From: an uncultured Actinomycetes bacterium
GTDB taxonomy: Bacteria > SZUA-79 > Acidulodesulfobacterales > Acidulodesulfobacteraceae
Direction: 5' to 3'
DNA length: 64,000 nucleotides
NCBI GenBank assembly: GCA_964631685.1
Contig: CAZVZU010000005.1
Location: forward strand, 67,908-131,907
A program made the translations under genes and the position numbers. This document shows, one piece after another, positions 10,420 through 20,660 of the stretch. The first letter of the stretch is position 1. Every line of letters begins with the position of its first letter. The notes under the pieces are model-generated. The model was not told the origin of the DNA, did no database searches, and worked only from the letters and a program-made list of their open reading frames with translations.

Positions 10420-10584
10420 AGCCACAACACCAGTATAGGATTTAGGTTCAAGTCGAGTCTTAAATTACATTATTTTTTTTATTTCCATGTCGAAATATTA
10501 AATTTAGTCAGATATATTTATTAATTAAAATTAATAAATATATGGTGGGTTCAAACTTATAAAAGACCAAATAGGATATTTTTT

Positions 10585-11154
10585 ATGATGAAAGAGATTA
10601 GAATACACGGACGAGGCGGACAAGGGTCGGTGACCATGGCGTCTATTCTTGCCTTAAGTTTTTTTGACGATGGAAATTATTGCCAAGCATTTCCATCTTT
10701 CGGATCGGAACGAACAGGGGCTCCCGTTCAGGCTTTTGCACGATTTTCCGATAAACCTATTAGGACAAGGCACCAAATATACGATCCAGACTATGTTATT
10801 GTTCAGGATACCACCCTTCTTAAGCCTGTTCCGGTTTATAAGGGGCTTAAAGATACCGGTAAGATTTTAATTAACTCAGAAGCCGGTATCAATGAGATCA
10901 TTAAGGGCCTTAACGGAGCAAAAGAAAAAAACATTGTTTTATTTCCTGCACTAAAAATTGCGCTTAAGGTTTTAAACAGACCAATTGTTAATACAACTTT
11001 GCTAGGTGCTTTTTCCGCAATAAGCGGAGATGTCAGTATAGAATCCATCAAAAAAGAAATAGAGAATAGGTTTGGCTCTAAACTAGGTAGGCTTAATGCG
11101 GAAGCTGCTCAAATTGCCTATAATTACATAAAAGGAGACAAGAGTGGATTTTAA
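10585..11154 (+). CDS. porC: Pyruvate/2-oxoacid:ferredoxin oxidoreductase gamma subunit
   Basis: EIRIHGRGGQG, AFPSFGSERTGAPV. Confidence 0.92.
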   Translation: MMKEIRIHGRGGQGSVTMASILALSFFDDGNYCQAFPSFGSERTGAPVQAFARFSDKPIRTRHQIYDPDYVIVQDTTLLKPVPVYKGLKDTGKILINSEAGINEIIKGLNGAKEKNIVLFPALKIALKVLNRPIVNTTLLGAFSAISGDVSIESIKKEIENRFGSKLGRLNAEAAQIAYNYIKGDKSGF

Positions 11155-11407
11155 AACTGGAATCATTGCCCTTCCGGGAGCGGCGCTCGCAAATAAAACG
11201 GGTTCTTTTGCAAATGAAAATCCTATATTTAAACATCAAAAATGTACCGGTTGCAATCTCTGTATATATTTTTGTCCCGAGGGAATTGTATATGGAGATA
11301 AAAAAACAAAAATTTATGATTACGATATAGATTATTGCAAGGGGTGTGGCATATGCGCCGAGGAATGTCCCGTTGACGATATAGATATGATTTTAGTAGA
11401 AAAGTAG
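11144..11407 (+). CDS. porD: Pyruvate/2-oxoacid:ferredoxin oxidoreductase delta subunit
   Basis: Two CxxCxxCxxxCP motifs, YCKGCGIC. Confidence 0.92.
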   Translation: MDFKTGIIALPGAALANKTGSFANENPIFKHQKCTGCNLCIYFCPEGIVYGDKKTKIYDYDIDYCKGCGICAEECPVDDIDMILVEK

Positions 11408-11444
11408 TTATTTTTAAGTAAATTTTTAATCCGGTGAATATTTT

Positions 11445-12617
11445 ATGAAAAAGGTTCTAGAAGGTTCAATGGCTATTTCGGACGGGGTAAGGATGTCGGA
11501 GCCTCAGGTTATTTCGGCTTATCCAATTACGCCTCAGACGCACATAGTGGAGCACCTTTCTCAAATGGTTGCGGACGGCGATTTAAAATCTGAGTTTGTT
11601 ATGGTTGAAAGCGAACATTCCGCTGCGTCGGTAGTTTTGGGAGCTAGTGCCTGCGGCGTTAGAACGTATACTGCAACAGCGTCTCAGGGTCTTTTATATA
11701 TGGAGGAGGTAATATATAATATTGCAGGTATGCGTCTTCCTATCGTGTTGACCGTTGCTAATAGGGCTATCTCTGCCCCGATAAATATCTGGAATGATAT
11801 GCAGGATGCGATGGCCATTAGGGATACGGGCGCTATTATGCTCGTTGCAGAGGATAATCAAGAGGCATATGACATGCATATCCAGGCATTCAAGATTGCG
11901 GAAGATCCGGATGTTATGCTTCCCGTTGCGGTAAATGTAGATGGCTTTGTTCTGACCCATACATTTGAGGTTGTTGAAACAATAGATGATATCGGTAAGA
12001 TAAGGGAGTTTCTGCCCCCCTTGAATATGAAATATAAACTTGATGTCAATAATCCTTATTCCTTTGGGACACTTGCTGAACCGTCTGTCTATATGGAAAC
12101 AAGATATAGTCTTTCTAATGCAATAAATTATTCAAAAAAGGTTATAACACGGGCTGCAAATGAATATAAGGATATGTTTGGTAAATTTCACGGAGCTCTT
12201 ATAGATACTTACAAAATGGATGATTCTGAAACCGTAATTGTCGCAATGGGTTCCGTTTTAGGCACAATCAAGGATACAGTTGATGAAATGAGAGAGTCCG
12301 GTAAAAAGATTGGTGTATTAAAGATTCGTTCTTTTAGGCCGTTTCCGGAGGATGAAATTATTGATGCCCTCAAAAATGTACGAAATGTTATAGTGATAGA
12401 AAAAGCGGTGTCTCTGGGAAAGGGTGGTATTCTTTCTATGGAGATCAGGGATGTGTTTTACAGGCATAAGATTACATCTGCAAGTATCAATGGGTATACG
12501 CTTGGGCTCGGTGGTAGAGATATTACGCCCAAAAATATACATGATTTAGTTTTAAGAGCCGAAAAAGAAGAAAATGTTGATGGTGTGTTTATCGGTTTAA
12601 AACAACAGCTTCTTTAG
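11445..12617 (+). CDS. porA: Pyruvate/2-oxoacid:ferredoxin oxidoreductase alpha subunit
   Basis: AYPITPQT, VESEHSA, TASQGL. Confidence 0.93.
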   Translation: MKKVLEGSMAISDGVRMSEPQVISAYPITPQTHIVEHLSQMVADGDLKSEFVMVESEHSAASVVLGASACGVRTYTATASQGLLYMEEVIYNIAGMRLPIVLTVANRAISAPINIWNDMQDAMAIRDTGAIMLVAEDNQEAYDMHIQAFKIAEDPDVMLPVAVNVDGFVLTHTFEVVETIDDIGKIREFLPPLNMKYKLDVNNPYSFGTLAEPSVYMETRYSLSNAINYSKKVITRAANEYKDMFGKFHGALIDTYKMDDSETVIVAMGSVLGTIKDTVDEMRESGKKIGVLKIRSFRPFPEDEIIDALKNVRNVIVIEKAVSLGKGGILSMEIRDVFYRHKITSASINGYTLGLGGRDITPKNIHDLVLRAEKEENVDGVFIGLKQQLL

Positions 12618-12657
12618 GAAATTTAAAATAAAATAAATAAAAATAGGAAGATAAGTT

Positions 12658-13554
12658 ATGCTAACCAAAGAGGAAACACGTAATGAGCTTTTTACTATGG
12701 GGCATACCGGTTGTTCGGGTTGCGCTCAGTCCATGGCTGTCAAGCTAATACTTGAGGTTCTTGGTAAGAATACCATAGCGGTTTCCGCAACCGGATGTTT
12801 AGAGGTTTTTTCAACCCGTTATCCCGAGTCCTCATGGAGAATCCCGTGGATTCACTCTCTTTTTGAAAATTCTGCGGCGGTAGCATCAGGCGTAGAGGCT
12901 GCACTTAAGGTTATGGGCAAAAAGGATGATATTACCGTTATATCACAGGGCGGTGACGGCGGTACGGCTGACATCGGGCTTCAGGCTCTTAGCGGTATGT
13001 TTGAAAGGGGGCATGATGTTCTTTATATCTGCTATGATAATGGAGCGTACATGAATACAGGCTACCAGAGAAGCGGTCTTACCCCTTTTGATGCTTATAC
13101 TACTACAAGTCCTTCAGGGAAAGAATCTTTTGGTAATTCAAGACCAAAAAAATATATGCCTGAGATTGCGATGGCGCACAGAATTCCTTATACAGCAGTT
13201 GCTTCGGCAGGTTATCCCCTTGACCTTCAAAAGAAGGTTAAAAAGACTAAATCAATTAATGGACCGAAATATTTACAGATAGATGTCCCATGTGTTCCCG
13301 GATGGAAGTATGAGCCTAGGTATTCTATTAAGATAGCCCAACTTGCGGTTAAGACTGGCTTGTATCCATTATTCGAAGCAGAATACGGTAAGGTGGTTTC
13401 TGTTAGAAAGATAAGTAAAAAGGTTCCCGTAGAAGAATATCTTAAACTTCAGGGGAGATTCAAACATTTGTTTAAGGATGATGCAGGCAAAGCCGAGATA
13501 GAAAAAATTCAAAAAATAGCAGACGATAATATTGCTTACTATGGTTTAATCTGA
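12658..13554 (+). CDS. porB: Pyruvate/2-oxoacid:ferredoxin oxidoreductase beta subunit
   Basis: GHTGCSGC, TGCLEV, TPP motif GGDGG...DNGAYMNTG. Confidence 0.93.
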   Translation: MLTKEETRNELFTMGHTGCSGCAQSMAVKLILEVLGKNTIAVSATGCLEVFSTRYPESSWRIPWIHSLFENSAAVASGVEAALKVMGKKDDITVISQGGDGGTADIGLQALSGMFERGHDVLYICYDNGAYMNTGYQRSGLTPFDAYTTTSPSGKESFGNSRPKKYMPEIAMAHRIPYTAVASAGYPLDLQKKVKKTKSINGPKYLQIDVPCVPGWKYEPRYSIKIAQLAVKTGLYPLFEAEYGKVVSVRKISKKVPVEEYLKLQGRFKHLFKDDAGKAEIEKIQKIADDNIAYYGLI

Positions 13555-13567
13555 TTGAAATTTATTA

Positions 13568-14455
13568 ATGACCCCGAATAATCCTACAAAAAATAGTCGT
13601 TATGATGAGTTTAAAGAAAAAATCATCGATGGAAGGTTGGTATCGAAAAGTATAGAACGGTCATTAACGAAGACAATAGATGCATTAAAAAAGTCCGGCA
13701 TAGTGCCGCTGATAGCGGTTATTCTTGTAGGAAATAACCATGCTTCTGTTGTTTACGTCCAAAATAAAGAACGTGCCGCCGAAAGGTGCGGTATATTATC
13801 TCAAAAGTTTATTTATTCGGAGTCTTTAACTGAAAAAGAACTTTTAAATAAGATAGAAGAATTAAACAATGATACATTGGTGCACGGCATACTTGTGCAA
13901 CTGCCACTTCCCGAGTGTATCAATGAGAAAACCGTAATGGATACCATAAGTCCTTATAAAGACGTTGATGGCTTTCATCCTTTAAACATAGGAAAGGTTT
14001 CCACAGGAAGCTCATCTTTTCATCCATGTACCCCATATGGAATTATTAAGATGCTTGATTATTACGATATTTCCATCAAAGGGAAAAATTGTGTTATAAT
14101 AGGGCAGAGCAATATTGTAGGAAAACCGCTTGTTACAATGCTTATAAATAGGCTTGCCACCGTTATTTCGCTTAATATTCATACAAAAGATATTAAATTT
14201 TTTACGAAGACGGCGGATATTCTAATTTCGGCCACGGGAAGGGCTAACCTCATTGATGACAGCTATCTAAAAGAAGGATCGGTCGTGATAGATGTGGGTA
14301 TTTCAAGGCTTGGCGGAAAGATTTGTGGAGATGTAAATTTTAAAAAGGTTATCAATAAGGTTTCTAAGATAACCCCTGTTCCGGGCGGTGTTGGACCGGT
14401 GACTGTTTCTGTGTTAATGGAAAACACCGTTAATGCGGCAATGCTGTTAAAATAA
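13568..14455 (+). CDS. folD: Methylene-THF dehydrogenase/cyclohydrolase
   Basis: YVQNK, GILVQLPLP, KDVDGFHP, PCTP, TPVPGGVGP. Confidence 0.96.
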   Translation: MTPNNPTKNSRYDEFKEKIIDGRLVSKSIERSLTKTIDALKKSGIVPLIAVILVGNNHASVVYVQNKERAAERCGILSQKFIYSESLTEKELLNKIEELNNDTLVHGILVQLPLPECINEKTVMDTISPYKDVDGFHPLNIGKVSTGSSSFHPCTPYGIIKMLDYYDISIKGKNCVIIGQSNIVGKPLVTMLINRLATVISLNIHTKDIKFFTKTADILISATGRANLIDDSYLKEGSVVIDVGISRLGGKICGDVNFKKVINKVSKITPVPGGVGPVTVSVLMENTVNAAMLLK

Positions 14456-14467
14456 CATATATTCCAT

Positions 14468-15124
14468 ATGATAGTCACAAAACAGAAAAAATTAGATGAT
14501 ATAGCAAGAAATATTCGTGGCTCTGTTTTTATATTCGGATGCGGGATATGTTCCGATACGTCTAGGACCGGTGGACCAAAAGAAGTCCTTGCAATGAGAG
14601 AAATTTTAGAAGATAGAGATATTCTCGTTACTGGCACTTATGTGATAGATGCAATGTGTCACATACAAAAGACAAGAAAAGCTGTTAGAGACAATAAAGA
14701 TACTGTTTTAAAGTCCGATTCCATTCTGGTTCTATCCTGCGGAAGCGGGGTTCAATCTGCCGTTATAGCGATAGATGATTCCAAAAAAATAGTTTCAGGT
14801 GTCGATACTATGTTTATGGGAAATATTGAAAATCTATCGTCCCTTAAAGAAATGTGTTCTTTATGCGGAGAATGCGTTTTAAACGAGACTGCTGGGATTT
14901 GTCCGGTGACATTGTGTCCGAAGGGTTTGTTAAACGGACCTTGTGGCGGAATGAAAAATTACAAATGCGAGGTTGACGGAAATATGGATTGCGCCTGGGT
15001 TAAGATTTATGAAAGAGCGATCATTCAAAATACGGTTGACGACGTTGACAATATAGCAAAACCAAAGGACTATTCGGTAAAAAAAAGATGCGCAACGGTA
15101 AAATTTACGGGTTCGCACAGATAA
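14468..15124 (+). CDS. metV: MTHFR C-terminal-domain (MetV-like) Cys-rich subunit
   Basis: MIVTKQK N-terminus, CSLCGEC, GICPVTLCPKGLLNGPCGG, CAW. Confidence 0.85.
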   Translation: MIVTKQKKLDDIARNIRGSVFIFGCGICSDTSRTGGPKEVLAMREILEDRDILVTGTYVIDAMCHIQKTRKAVRDNKDTVLKSDSILVLSCGSGVQSAVIAIDDSKKIVSGVDTMFMGNIENLSSLKEMCSLCGECVLNETAGICPVTLCPKGLLNGPCGGMKNYKCEVDGNMDCAWVKIYERAIIQNTVDDVDNIAKPKDYSVKKRCATVKFTGSHR

Positions 15125-15167
15125 ATTGTTTGTTAATCTTCAACTTAATAGTGCCTATTAATTTTAT

Positions 15168-16283
15168 ATGAAACCTTTTAGCGTAAAAGCCCCAGATTAC
15201 ATTTATAAAATACAACCTTATATTCCGGGAAAACCGTTGGAAGAGGTGGAAAGAGAAAGAGGAATCAAGAACATAGTGAAGTTGGCATCCAATGAAAATC
15301 CGTCAAGGCCTCCACTGAAAGCGCTCAAATTTATCAGATCCCACCTAAAAAATATAAATAGATATCCTGATGGTTCGGGTTTTTATTTAAAACAAGAATT
15401 AATCCGTTTTTTTAAAATCAGTAATAAAAAACAAAACACGCTAAACTCTACTAATTTGATCCTTGGAAATGGTTCAAATGAGTTAATAGACATAGCTGTA
15501 AGGACATTTTGCTGTAAAGATGAAAATTTAGTCGTACCCTTTCCTTCATTTGTAGCATATTACCTTGCGGGAGAGCAGTTAGGTTTAAAACTGAAGATGA
15601 GCAAATTGAAGGATTATTTTTTAGATTTAGACGATATGCTTAGATTAATAGATGATAAGACCAAGGTTATTTTTATTTCTAATCCGAATAATCCGACGGG
15701 AACATTTTTTTCCAGAGGCAAGATAAGAAATTTTATAGAAAATGTTAAGGATAATATTTTAATCATAGTAGATGAGGCATATGCTGAATATTCAGGAGAA
15801 TCTCTTGTAGATGAAATAGATATAGCAGATTTTCCTAATGTGCTTGTTTTAAGGACTTTTTCAAAGGTTTATGGTTTAGCAGGGCTTAGAGTTGGATATG
15901 GAATAGGGCATAACGAATTGATTGGGCTAATGGATAGAGTTAGAGAGCCGTTTAATGTAAATTCGTTGTCGTTGGTCGGTGCGCTGGCCGCATTAAGGGA
16001 TCAAAAGTATGTTAAAAGGGTGATTAAAACTAATGTCACCGAAAAAAATTATTTGTATTCAGCCTTTAGAGGTTTAAACATAGAGTTTATTCAAACTGGT
16101 GCAAATTTTATATTAACAAGACTAAAGGGGCAAAAAGCCGTTTGTGTATATGAAAAGCTTTTGAACATGGGCATTATTATAAGACCTATGGATAGATTCG
16201 GTTACGACGATATGGTCAGGATTACTATAGGCAGTCATGCTGAAAATGTTAAATTAATCAGAGCATTGGGCAAGGTTGTGTAG
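15168..16283 (+). CDS. hisC: Histidinol-phosphate aminotransferase
   Basis: KLASNENP, GNGSNE, NPNNPTG, DEAY, RTFSKVYGLAGLRVGY. Confidence 0.95.
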   Translation: MKPFSVKAPDYIYKIQPYIPGKPLEEVERERGIKNIVKLASNENPSRPPLKALKFIRSHLKNINRYPDGSGFYLKQELIRFFKISNKKQNTLNSTNLILGNGSNELIDIAVRTFCCKDENLVVPFPSFVAYYLAGEQLGLKLKMSKLKDYFLDLDDMLRLIDDKTKVIFISNPNNPTGTFFSRGKIRNFIENVKDNILIIVDEAYAEYSGESLVDEIDIADFPNVLVLRTFSKVYGLAGLRVGYGIGHNELIGLMDRVREPFNVNSLSLVGALAALRDQKYVKRVIKTNVTEKNYLYSAFRGLNIEFIQTGANFILTRLKGQKAVCVYEKLLNMGIIIRPMDRFGYDDMVRITIGSHAENVKLIRALGKVV

Positions 16284-16311
16284 CTGTTACCCAATAAACG
16301 TTAAAAAGGTT

Positions 16312-16340
16312 TTGCTTAATTTAATGCGTTGGAGTAAAAT
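16312..16340 (+). promoter_or_regulatory. Sigma70-type promoter upstream of DAHP synthase
   Basis: TTGCTT-17bp-TAAAAT. Confidence 0.55.
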
Positions 16341-16421
16341 GAATCCTATGAAATTCAACTAGAATCGGAGGTTTAGAAAAATTATTTTAAAATTTTTAAA
16401 TCTGATAAAAGGAGATAACAT

Positions 16422-17441
16422 ATGATTATGGTATTAAAAAAGGGTGTAGCTGCAGATCAGGTTAATTATATATTGGGTAAAATAGAGAAGGTGGGTCTTA
16501 AGCCTCATATATCCGAGGGGACGGATGTTACTATTATCGGATGCATTGGGCATGAGGATGCCGTTAAAGCCTTTTTCGAAGAAGCAGAAGCGCTTCCAGG
16601 CGTTGACAAGGCTATAAGAATTTCAAAGCCGTTTAAATTGGCATCAAAAGAGATTGGTAAAGAAAAGTCTATTGTTAAGATTGGAGATGTGGAGTTCGGA
16701 GGGGACGCGATTGTTCTAATTGCAGGGCCTTGTGCTGTAGAAACGCTTGATAATGTTACGGACATTGCGGAAAATATAAAAAAGTCCGGTGCAAAGATAC
16801 TAAGGGGTGGAGCGTTTAAACCGAGAACAAGTCCTTATACATTTCAAGGTCTCGGCGAAGAAGGATTGAAATATTTAAGCGAAGCGAGGAAAAAGACAGG
16901 ACTATTGCTAGTGACGGAGGTAATGGATCCCAGAGATTTGGATATAATATGCTCTTATGTGGATATCATACAAATTGGAGCAAGGAATATGCAAAATTTC
17001 AGACTTCTCCAGGAGGTCGGAAAGGTTAGAAAACCTGTCATTTTAAAAAGAGGGCTTTGTTCGACCATACAAGAGTTTTTGATGTCTGCAGAATATATTA
17101 TGTCAAATGGTAACCAGGATGTCATACTTTGTGAAAGAGGAATAAGGACATATGAAACATCGACAAGAAATACATTAGATTTAAGTGCCGTTCCTGTTAT
17201 AAAGCGTCTTTCCCATTTGCCAGTTATCGTTGATCCTTCTCACGCGGCAGGCATTTGGCATTATGTGGAGTCTCTTTCTCTTGCGGCTATTGCGGTCGGT
17301 GCGGACGGGCTAATGATAGAGGTTCACCCTACGCCGGAAAAGGCATATTCAGATGGCGCTCAGTCTTTGAAATATGATACATTTGACGAATTGACAAAAA
17401 AGGCAAGGTTAGTCGCTCGTGCTGTTGGAAGAACTATTTAA
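16422..17441 (+). CDS. aroF: DAHP synthase (class I-beta, N-terminal regulatory domain)
   Basis: IAGPCAVE, RGGAFKPRTSPY, IGARNMQN, VDPSH. Confidence 0.95.
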   Translation: MIMVLKKGVAADQVNYILGKIEKVGLKPHISEGTDVTIIGCIGHEDAVKAFFEEAEALPGVDKAIRISKPFKLASKEIGKEKSIVKIGDVEFGGDAIVLIAGPCAVETLDNVTDIAENIKKSGAKILRGGAFKPRTSPYTFQGLGEEGLKYLSEARKKTGLLLVTEVMDPRDLDIICSYVDIIQIGARNMQNFRLLQEVGKVRKPVILKRGLCSTIQEFLMSAEYIMSNGNQDVILCERGIRTYETSTRNTLDLSAVPVIKRLSHLPVIVDPSHAAGIWHYVESLSLAAIAVGADGLMIEVHPTPEKAYSDGAQSLKYDTFDELTKKARLVARAVGRTI

Positions 17442-17488
17442 GTATTTTTGATTAAAATTTTTAATATAGGTTTTGTATAGTTACGTAA

Positions 17489-18367
17489 ATGTTTAGAGAG
17501 ATATCCATTATAGGACTCGGCTTTATGGGCGCATCCATTGCAGGTGCATTAAAGGATTTAAGCCGAGAAACAAAGATACGGGGCTATGATATAAATAGAA
17601 AACATTTAACATACTGTATTTCTAAAGGAATCGTAGATTCCGAGATAGATTTCAGTGATAGTTGGGGCAGTAGACATAGACCCCCTGCTATAGTGTTGCT
17701 TTGTACACCCGCCAATACCATCCTTTCAATAGTAGATAAATATGAAAGTTATCTCAAAAATGCTTCTTTAGTAACAGATATAGGAGGCGTGAAAGGCTCT
17801 ATAGTCCTTGATGTAAAAAGTAATAAATTAAATTTAAGCGGGTTTGTGGCATCGCATCCAATGTGCGGTTCAGAACAATATGGACCTAAGTATGCCGATT
17901 TTAATTTATTCAAAGGCAAGAACTGTATCGTTATAAAGGATGAGGAAGATGCGAGTAAAGACCGGCTTGCAAAGATTCAGAAGGTGGCCTTATTTTGGGA
18001 TGTTCTCGGGATGATTGTTATTTATTCTACATCAAAGTTTCATGATAGCATGGCCGCATATGCGAGCCATTTGCCCCATTTAATAGCCTTTTCTTTAAGC
18101 AAAACGGTTTTGAGCATGGCGCAAAAAGAAGGAGAAAAAAGCGCCTTTAATTTTATTTCAAGCGGCTTCAAAGATTCGACAAGAATCGCCTTGTCGTCCC
18201 CTGATATTTGGACGGATATATTTTTAATGAATAGCGAAAATATAATTAATTCATTGGATAATTTTATTTCAATTACGGATATATTTAAAGATTTATTAAA
18301 AAAGGGCGATCGAAAAGGGCTGAAGAATTTGATTTCATCTATATCTAATGAAAGAAAAATCCTATAG
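17489..18367 (+). CDS. tyrA: Prephenate/arogenate dehydrogenase
   Basis: IIGLGFMG Rossmann motif, HPMCGSE, SHLPH, SGFKDSTR. Confidence 0.92.
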   Translation: MFREISIIGLGFMGASIAGALKDLSRETKIRGYDINRKHLTYCISKGIVDSEIDFSDSWGSRHRPPAIVLLCTPANTILSIVDKYESYLKNASLVTDIGGVKGSIVLDVKSNKLNLSGFVASHPMCGSEQYGPKYADFNLFKGKNCIVIKDEEDASKDRLAKIQKVALFWDVLGMIVIYSTSKFHDSMAAYASHLPHLIAFSLSKTVLSMAQKEGEKSAFNFISSGFKDSTRIALSSPDIWTDIFLMNSENIINSLDNFISITDIFKDLLKKGDRKGLKNLISSISNERKIL

Positions 18368-18391
18368 ACTGAATTTTTGGAGGAAATGTTT

Positions 18392-19762
18392 TTGATTGTA
18401 TTAAGACCTGACAGAGCTTTGGTTACGGGTATTGAGAAGGAAGTTGAGGGTACAGTGGAAGTTCCCGGAGATAAATCTATATCCCATAGGGCAGTCATGC
18501 TTGGGAGCCTCGCCGTTGGAATTTCAAAAATTGACAATTTATCGCTTTCCCTAGATAATGCGGCGACCGTGTCCGCATTTAGGAATCTCGGCGTAATAAT
18601 AAATGAAATCAATTTCGGTAAAAATTCAAAAAAATTTGTCATCAATGGAGTAGGACTTCATGGACTAAAAGAACCAAAGACCATTATTGATACCGCTAAT
18701 TCGGGGACGCTTACTAGGCTTATTGCCGGCATACTTTCCGGAAGCGGGTTCTTTTCGGTATTATCCGGGGACAAATATTTAAACTCACGTCCTATGGAGC
18801 GTATAATTAGGCCGCTAAGCCTCATGGGAGCAAAAATAGTTGGGCGAGAAAATAGAAATTTTTTGCCACTCGCCATTACCGGAGCAAAATTAAAATCTAT
18901 TTATTATGAAGTGCCGGTTCCAAGTGCACAGGTTAAATCCTGCGTACTGCTTGCCGCACTTTTTGCTGAAGGAAATACCGTAATATATGAAAAGAAATCT
19001 ACAAGAGACCACACGGAAAATTTTCTAAAACTTCAGGGTTATCCTATTATTGTTGAAAGTGTAAATGTTGTCGGAAATATTATATCCGTAACCGGTGGCG
19101 GGGAGCTTCAACCCTTTGAAATGACCGTTCCGGGCGACTTTAGTAGTGCATCATTTTTTATAGCCCTTGCCCTTTTGCAAAAAAATTCGGAAATTAAAAT
19201 AAAAAATGTTTTGCTAAATAAAAACAGAATAGGACTCTTGCGTGTTTTAGAGATGATGGGCGCAGATATAGAAATAATACAAGATGGCAAGGGAATAGAA
19301 AGTGTGGGAACAATAACGGCAAAATATTCAAAGCTTCATGGAATCCATGTGCCGCCGGAATTAGTTTCTGATATGATAGATGAATTTCCAATTTTTGCGG
19401 TAATTGCATCATTTGCCGAGGGAATTACTAAGGTAATCGGAGCTAAAGAATTAAGGGTGAAAGAAAGTGACCGTATTAAAACTATAGTTCTTAGTATGAG
19501 AAGTTTTGGCGTTAAGATTAAGGAATTGGAAGATGGATTTGAGATAGAAGGGGATTTAAGCAGAACTTGTGATGAGGATAATGTAAAATCAAAGAGCAAG
19601 GGTTTTGTATCTCTTAACTCCTACGGTGACCATAGAATAGCTATGTCAGTGATAATTATGGGGTTGTTTCTCAAAAATATAGAGACGGAGATACAAGGTA
19701 TAGACTGCATAAACACCTCTTTCCCTGAATTTTTTAACAGTGTTATTAAATTAACGGAGTAG
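18392..19762 (+). CDS. aroA: EPSP synthase (start uncertain, 18377-18392)
   Basis: PGDKSISHRA, SAQVKS, PGDFSSA, ELRVKESDR, DHRIAM. Confidence 0.95.
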   Translation: MIVLRPDRALVTGIEKEVEGTVEVPGDKSISHRAVMLGSLAVGISKIDNLSLSLDNAATVSAFRNLGVIINEINFGKNSKKFVINGVGLHGLKEPKTIIDTANSGTLTRLIAGILSGSGFFSVLSGDKYLNSRPMERIIRPLSLMGAKIVGRENRNFLPLAITGAKLKSIYYEVPVPSAQVKSCVLLAALFAEGNTVIYEKKSTRDHTENFLKLQGYPIIVESVNVVGNIISVTGGGELQPFEMTVPGDFSSASFFIALALLQKNSEIKIKNVLLNKNRIGLLRVLEMMGADIEIIQDGKGIESVGTITAKYSKLHGIHVPPELVSDMIDEFPIFAVIASFAEGITKVIGAKELRVKESDRIKTIVLSMRSFGVKIKELEDGFEIEGDLSRTCDEDNVKSKSKGFVSLNSYGDHRIAMSVIIMGLFLKNIETEIQGIDCINTSFPEFFNSVIKLTE

Positions 19763-19775
19763 AATTAAAATAAAT

Positions 19776-20636
19776 ATGAATGTTCTTGTTGCACCATCCG
19801 CCGGATTTTGTTTCGGCGTCAAAAGAGCTATTGAAATGGCATCACTTGAAGCCGAGATTTGCAAGCCGTCCGAAATATTAAACACTCTTGGTCCTATTAT
19901 TCATAATCCTCAAGTGGTTAAGTCTCTTGAGCTTAAAGGGGTTTATCCGATCGATAATGTGGAAGATAACGATTGCAATACCATTATAATAAGGTCTCAC
20001 GGTGTTAAATTAGACATAATGGATAAACTTAAACATAAGGGAGTAAAAATAGTTGATGCTACATGCCCATTTGTAAAGCAGGCGCAAAATTATATAACAA
20101 AGGCCACATCAAATGGATATTTTATAATTATGGTAGGAGATAAAAGCCATCCGGAGGTTCAAAGCGTAATAAGTTTTGCCGATAAGGGCAAGTATTTAAT
20201 AATAAATGATATAAATGATTTCAAGGATATCCCCGTTGCAGAAAAGTTGGCATTAATATCCCAAACTACGCAAGATGTAAAATTTTATAGTTTCATAATA
20301 GATGAAATATCCAAGATTGCCAAAAATGAGGTGGTTGTTTTTAACACTATCTGCGATGCGACAAAATTAAAACAGGAAGAGTCTAAGGTTCTTGCTTCCA
20401 GCGTTGACGTAATGATAGTTGTCGGGGGCTATAATAGTGCCAACACAAATAAACTTAAGAATATCTGTATGTCTATCCAAACAAATACATATCACATAGA
20501 AACGGAAGTAGAGGTTGACCCAAAATGGTTCATAAATGCTAATACGGTTGGAATCACAGCTGGCGCATCTACTCCAGATTGGATAATAAAAAGGGTTGTT
20601 GACATGGTACAAAGCGCAGGTGATATTAAAAAATAG
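19776..20636 (+). CDS. ispH: HMBPP reductase
   Basis: AGFCFGV, IIHNP, DATCP, NTICDAT, TAGASTP. Confidence 0.96.
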   Translation: MNVLVAPSAGFCFGVKRAIEMASLEAEICKPSEILNTLGPIIHNPQVVKSLELKGVYPIDNVEDNDCNTIIIRSHGVKLDIMDKLKHKGVKIVDATCPFVKQAQNYITKATSNGYFIIMVGDKSHPEVQSVISFADKGKYLIINDINDFKDIPVAEKLALISQTTQDVKFYSFIIDEISKIAKNEVVVFNTICDATKLKQEESKVLASSVDVMIVVGGYNSANTNKLKNICMSIQTNTYHIETEVEVDPKWFINANTVGITAGASTPDWIIKRVVDMVQSAGDIKK

Positions 20637-20660
20637 TTAATGGCAATTAATAATAAAACT

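Noticed and set aside
10437..10560. tRNA T-loop-like strings (GGTTCAAGTC, GGGTTCAAAC) in the por leader
   Set aside because: No cloverleaf, acceptor stem or anticodon arm
18040..18645. Long antisense ORFs (also 35894-36511, 37111-37602, 51322-51858 and others)
   Set aside because: They lie opposite well-supported genes and have no recognisable motifs
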